A stretch of 64,000 nucleotides of DNA, taken from positions 124,001 to 188,000 of the forward strand of contig JAQGDQ010000274.1 of NCBI GenBank assembly GCA_030141605.1, given 5' to 3'. Under the pieces are notes generated by a model that did not search any database, was not told the origin of the DNA, and was given only the letters and a program-made list of their open reading frames with translations. Source of the DNA: Tubiluchus corallicola. Its lineage: Eukaryota > Animalia > Priapulida. Positions 13,689-64,000 of this stretch are shown here, in pieces; within the stretch, counting starts at the first letter, position 1, and every line of letters starts with the position of its first letter. A program made the translations under genes and the position numbers.

Positions 13689-13785
13689 GCCCCTGCTCCT
13701 CTTGTTGTTGTTGTTGTTGTTGTTATTATTGTTGCTCCTGTTCCTCCTCCTGTTGTTGTTGTTGTTGTTGTTTTTGTTGCTGTTT
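13345..13785. repeat. (GTT)n trinucleotide microsatellite
   Basis: Seen directly; (GAT)n-type arrays also at 15250..15560, 16860..17060, 27450..27775, 37735..37920 and 39357..39633. Confidence 0.95.
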
Positions 13786-14182
13786 TCTTCGCGTATATTG
13801 CGCTTGTTCATAATTTCGACGAGCTACATAATTACGTATACAGGGTAATTAAGTTAATTCTGACGCGTCAATAAATAAAAATTACCTTGGTGGCTGTATG
13901 CCTGCGCCCATATTAAATACCTTCGATGATAAAATTAGCATCAGAGCAATAATGATAAAAAGCTTAATTAGATTGGATCGGCTATAAATTTTACACGGTG
14001 CACGTCTTGTCAGACGAACCCTTTTATAATGCAGATATAATCAAATAATTGCTTGCATTACGTAACTGAAAATTATGAGATTTTAATGTGAGAGCTTTTC
14101 TGCAATATTTTTTGTCACTTGAGGACAATTAGAAAGTTATAATAACGCGAATGAGTAACACATTTTTTATTAGCAAGTTTAA

Positions 14183-14874
14183 GGGACAAGAAAAGGGGCA
14201 CCTGAAGTAGGTTTCTGAAAATTCGCCTTAAAAATTATGTTACTTTACAGCAATTTTATGCATATATCGTACTCGCTTTAAATTTTTTGTTTGCTTTCAT
14301 TTTAAATCTCCCGCAATGCTGTTCCGAAGTCGCCATTGTAACGTCATATACGCACAACGTAAATCAGGGAAAGAAAATGAAATGTTAAATCATGTCCCAA
14401 AAAACTTTCCATGTAAAATTATATTTCTTAGCATTTCGCTTACCTGCTGGAAAGACGTATGTAACTAGAAATGTTAATTTAAAATGTTTATTCCAAATTA
14501 TAAAAATGTCGCTGACTCACCCGCCAGGGTGCGCCACTCACTAACCAAAAACGTATTTTAATCTTATTGAGAAGATACACTAATTTAAAATTTTGCTTAG
14601 TTAGTGACGGGTGCGCTACGAATGCTCTGATTATTTTTCAAACTTTGCTCAGTGTTATCAAAACTTGTTTCAAATGACTTATCGTCAAAATGGCTGCGCC
14701 TAACGGTCATCGTGGGAGTTTAAATTTAGAGGTTTTATACAGCGTTACTGAAGACGCAAGCCCTGCATGCAAAAGGCAGTACACAAGAGGTACAAAAGTT
14801 TCAAGATGAATTTTTTAAACTTTATGTAAGTGTGTGTGTGTGTGTGTGTGTGGGGGGGGGGGGGTTCTTGTGCT
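14183..14874 (+). mobile_element. Family B3 full-length copy
   Basis: ttaa|GGGACAAGAAAA ... TTCTTGTGCT|ttaa. Confidence 0.78.
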
Positions 14875-15427
14875 TTAATCAGAAATACGCTGTTTCTTAT
14901 CTGTTCTGGCTGTTTGCAGTGGAATCAGTAGTTACTGTTGCTTTTACCACACGTTCATCATCGTTATTGCTTTTATTAGAAATTACTGCAACACATAATT
15001 TAACGTTACGTTTATTTGATTGGTGCTACGTCACTTTTCCTGGCATTAATAACCACGGGTCTTTTCATTGTGTGTTGAAAGTTTTCCACAAACGCAACTG
15101 ATTTCACGTTAGAATGGTGGTTATTATTTGAGAGGAGCGATTATTTTTCTTGAAAGCGTCTGTCCGACAAATTGCTTTACAGTCCAATGAATAGAATTAT
15201 CGAATAAAAGTAAAATGTATCATGATTTATTACCTTTCATTGTCATGTGAAGGTGACGATGGTGATGACGATGATGACGTTGATGATGTTGATGAAGAAG
15301 AAGAAGATGATGATGATGAGGGCAAAGATGATAATGATAATGATGGTAATGACGATGACGACGAAGACGACGATGATGATGTTGATGTTGTTGTTGTTGT
15401 TGTTGATGATAATGATGATGTTGAAGT

Positions 15428-15475
<48 letters not shown>

Positions 15476-16860
15476 CGATGATGATGACGACGACGACGAC
15501 GATGGTGATGTTGATGATGTTGATGATGATGATAATGGTGACGATGGCGATGACGATAATGACTGCATCTGCACTACTGACCACTTAGTTACAAAGCCTA
15601 TGATCTTCTAACTGAAGTTACATAACTGGTTAAAAAATATGTTCATTCCCTTCAAGTATCACCTGCAAATATTAATCTTAGTCAAGTAAATGGTTTCATG
15701 TACTGACGTATGATGTTCATATTCTCGTAGGCAAGATTTAGCCATAAATTACAGTGTCTCATTAACTAGGTTGACATGCTAGTTATCATGAACCGACCTA
15801 GCAAGGGCAAAATGTGCAAGCTTGACTGTACGTGCAATAAAGCCATTTACATATTGGAGCCTTTGCTGCCATTAATGTCATAAGACAGTTTTCAACAGTT
15901 ATGCCTATCGTGTCATTAACAAACTCGCATTTGCACATTTGCTTAGAAAACAGTTTAAACTGTTTACATAAACACTTCATCTCACCCTAAGATTTGCTGC
16001 TGTGATATGTAATCAGTTCCACTAAAGACTGGAGTTGGTGGTTTGGATATAGAAACGGGCTCAAAGATGTTAGTTTTGACCTTCCATCCATAATATGGTA
16101 TTGGTACAATTTCAGCCTCCCATCCCAGCCTGACAATGGGCTTTTAATATTTTATACAGAAATGACTGCCCTTCTTGGTGGAAGCTTGTCCTGTTGTTTA
16201 TTATTTATTTAAAATGTTTTCACCAATGGTAAAATGTCGCTGACTCACCCTCCAGGGTGCGCCACTCACTAACCAAAAACGTATTTTTAATCTTATTGAC
16301 AAGATGCAGTAATTTAAAACTTTACTTGGTTAATAACGTGTGCGCTACGAATGCTCTGATTATTATTTCAGACTTTACACGTTATCTAAACTTGTTTACA
16401 ATGACTTATTGTGAAAATGGCTGCGCCTAACGGTCATTGGTGAAGTTTAAATTTACAAGTTTTATACAGCGTTACTGCCGACGCAAGCCCGTAAGTAAAA
16501 CAGGCAGCATAAAATTTCAAAACGAATTTTCAAGTTTTATGTAAGTGGAGGGTTTTCTTGTGCTTTAACTGTCCACCTAAAGACACGAGATTAAACTGTC
16601 TAGCACGTGAAATCCTTCCATTTTCCACACCTGCCAAAGCTTTTAGGAATCCACCAACTTTAATAACATTCATAAATACGGGAAATGGATTTTGCAAATG
16701 TAGCACAAACGTCACTTAAGCTTGGCGTATTTAATGAACAGTATTTCGTTGCAACTCTGAACAATTATTGAAAGCAGTTCAATGTAGAAACACAAGTAGA
16801 AACCTATGTGCAACTAAAGACAAATAATTTCTGATACGTATATTTTTCAAATTTGTCAAT

Positions 16861-16896
<36 letters not shown>

Positions 16897-17065
16897 GTCG
16901 TCGTCGTCATCAACATCATCATCGTCGTCCTCGCCATTATCGTCATCATCACCGCCATCATCGTCATTACCATCATTATCATTATCATCACTGCCGTCTC
17001 CATAATCATTATCTTCATCTTTATCTTCATCAACATCATCATCATCAGCAGTAGCAGCAGCAACA

Positions 17066-17176
<111 letters not shown>

Positions 17177-18138
17177 GTGACTGACAGACAGACTGACTGA
17201 CTGACTGACTGACTGACCGACCGACCGACCGACCGACCGACCGACCGATCGACCGATTGATTGACTGACTGACTGACTGACTGACTGACTGACTGACTGA
17301 CTGACTGACTGACTGACTGACTGACTGACTGACTGACTGGCTAAATGTTTAAATGCATACTGTCTGCATAGCTGACTAGATGGATGTGGAAAAAATTTGA
17401 GTAGCAACAATAGAAGCTGATACTAAACTTTTACCTGACACACAAATTCCTGATGAAGCCATGTCATTGCGTGTTTTATACGATCTTCTCTAATGGCCCG
17501 CCTCGGAAATCTTGTTAAAGTATAGCACAACGCCATTCTTCTGCACTAACCTTTTCATACATAATTTAGCAGCGCGAGAGGGCGCACCATTCTCAAAACT
17601 AATTCCCCACGTACCCGCGTAATCCCAGCGCTACAGGGTAACATCTTTTTAAACACAACTTGTTTGGCTGTCATAAATTACGTAGCGATTACTTAGCAAA
17701 GGTTTCTGGCGTATTTCAGTAAGGGTTTTTTATGCCTGCTTGCTTGCTTGCTTGAGTGCGCCCCCTGTAAGTGAATTGATCATGAAAACAAACTCTTTCC
17801 CAAGTATACAAGCTGTCGTGATGGTCGTAAAGAGGCGCTCTACGGCAGATGCTCCAGTAAGAATAGAGAGGCTTGTTTGTGAATGCTCACCAGAGACGCT
17901 TGACTAATCTGCTAATGGAACGCCTCATTGTTGTAAGGTGTAACTGAAACCCGGTAAACATGAAATTAAAAACTGCCATCATGCGGCGATGAATAAAGCT
18001 AATGGTTGCAAAATTTTTCCCCCGTAGGAAGTAACAGTTGATATGATAGGCGTAATTTGAGATAACAAAAGCTGGCTAAGAAATCACAAGTGGGCTGGTG
18101 TGATGATGCGAATAAGCAGTGATCATGTTGTCATGGTA

Positions 18139-18580
18139 CAGTCAACCTCGGATATAACGGACACCTCGGGACCGGAAAAAACCACCCCTTATAGCCGAAG
18201 TTGAGTCAGACCGAGGGTGTATCTAGACCTGTACTTTTCTGTACTTTTACATAAATTTTTATGGATTATTGCTACACATTCAGTGCAAACGGTACGTAGG
18301 AAGCTCCTTCAGTGATGTGAGATGCATGTGACCGTGGAAACCGAGCTGTTTGAAGGCCCAGTTTGAGAAAAATTGAGGTTAAAAATTGATCAATTTCGCT
18401 TTGATCATAGGGTTCCTCATATGCGAAGTAATTTACCTGGGTTTCTATTACGCGGGACCTGAACATATCGTCCCTTATAACCGAAAGACCCTTATATCCC
18501 AGTACCTTATACATTTTGCATACGAAGATTTTTACATAGGAAAATTACGAAAAATCGGGACTGGTGCTGGTGGTTGACTG
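18139..18580. mobile_element. pogo/Tigger-like (Tc1/mariner superfamily) MITE; a second partial copy lies at 18770..19072
   Basis: ta|CAGTCAACC ... GGTTGACTG|ta; 18306..18560 is near-identical to 18771..19030. Confidence 0.72.
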
Positions 18581-19126
18581 TAGTAGACTTGTCCATTGTG
18601 AGCAGAACAAATGAGACAGCACAAATATATATCCCAAAGTAATTACAGCAGGATTAATTATGACATTTGCAAAACTAATTAAAATTATACGAAAATGAAT
18701 ACACCAGCACACTTTTACAAGGCTGTAGGTAGTAAAATTATATATAAAAGAACACTTACTTCATAATAGGGTCCTTCAGTGATGTGAGATGCATGTGACC
18801 GTGGAAACCGAGCTGTTTGAAGGCCGAGTTTGAGAAAAATTGAGGTTAAAAATTGATCAATTTCGCTTTGATCATAGGGTTCCTCATATGCGAGGTAATT
18901 TACCTGGGTTTCTACTACACGGGACCTGAAGATATCGTCCCTTATAATCGAAAGTCTCTTATATCTGAGTACCTTATATAAGAAGATTTTTACATAGGGA
19001 TAGATTTTACGAAAAATCGCGACCAGTGTTGGTGGTACCTTATAATCGAGTACCTTATACCCGAGGTTGACCATATGTAATTAATATTAGTGAATATCTA
19101 TTATTGTATTTATATAATTCGTTTAG

Positions 19127-63942
<44,816 letters not shown>

Positions 63943-64000
63943 GTGAGTTTGGCAAGCAGAGTTCCTCTACTTTTATCCTGTAATAAATTTTGGTTTCACT

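Noticed and set aside
18272-19074. Two similar minus-strand ORFs (YEEPYDQSEIDQFLTSIFLKLG)
   Set aside because: They lie within duplicated MITE sequence and show no transposase motifs.

Overview
AT-rich, repeat-dense genomic DNA from an invertebrate animal; the sequence alone does not identify the taxon. The main feature is a + strand Dscam-family cell-adhesion gene. I traced 23 GT-AG exons with consistent phases (19127..63942, 3958 nt) encoding Ig1-Ig9, FNIII 1-4 and the start of Ig10. The signal-peptide exon is not securely located and the gene continues past the window end. There are no arthropod-type alternative exon arrays. Two intronless genes sit inside its introns. (1) An intact 418-aa type II membrane short-chain-collagen-C4-like ORF (35052..36308, +) lies inside a complete, internally deleted BEL/Pao LTR retrotransposon (31820..36696, minus strand). 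The element has two 232-bp TG..CA LTRs, a CTCCC target duplication, decayed gag and integrase-tail remnants, and a paralogous empty site at about 9380. This gene-carrying LTR element is the most striking system in the window. (2) A GT92-family glycosyltransferase (minus strand) has an apparently premature stop and sits in a block bracketed by ~250-290 bp direct repeats. Two minisatellites are built from Dscam splice sites: 8 copies of an exon end plus donor, and 25 copies of an acceptor. The rest is MITEs (TA-flanked, TTAA-flanked Kolobok-like, hAT-like, pogo/Tigger-like), LINE/SINE/Penelope fragments, satellites and microsatellites. Most ORFs in the supplied track are translations of simple repeats.
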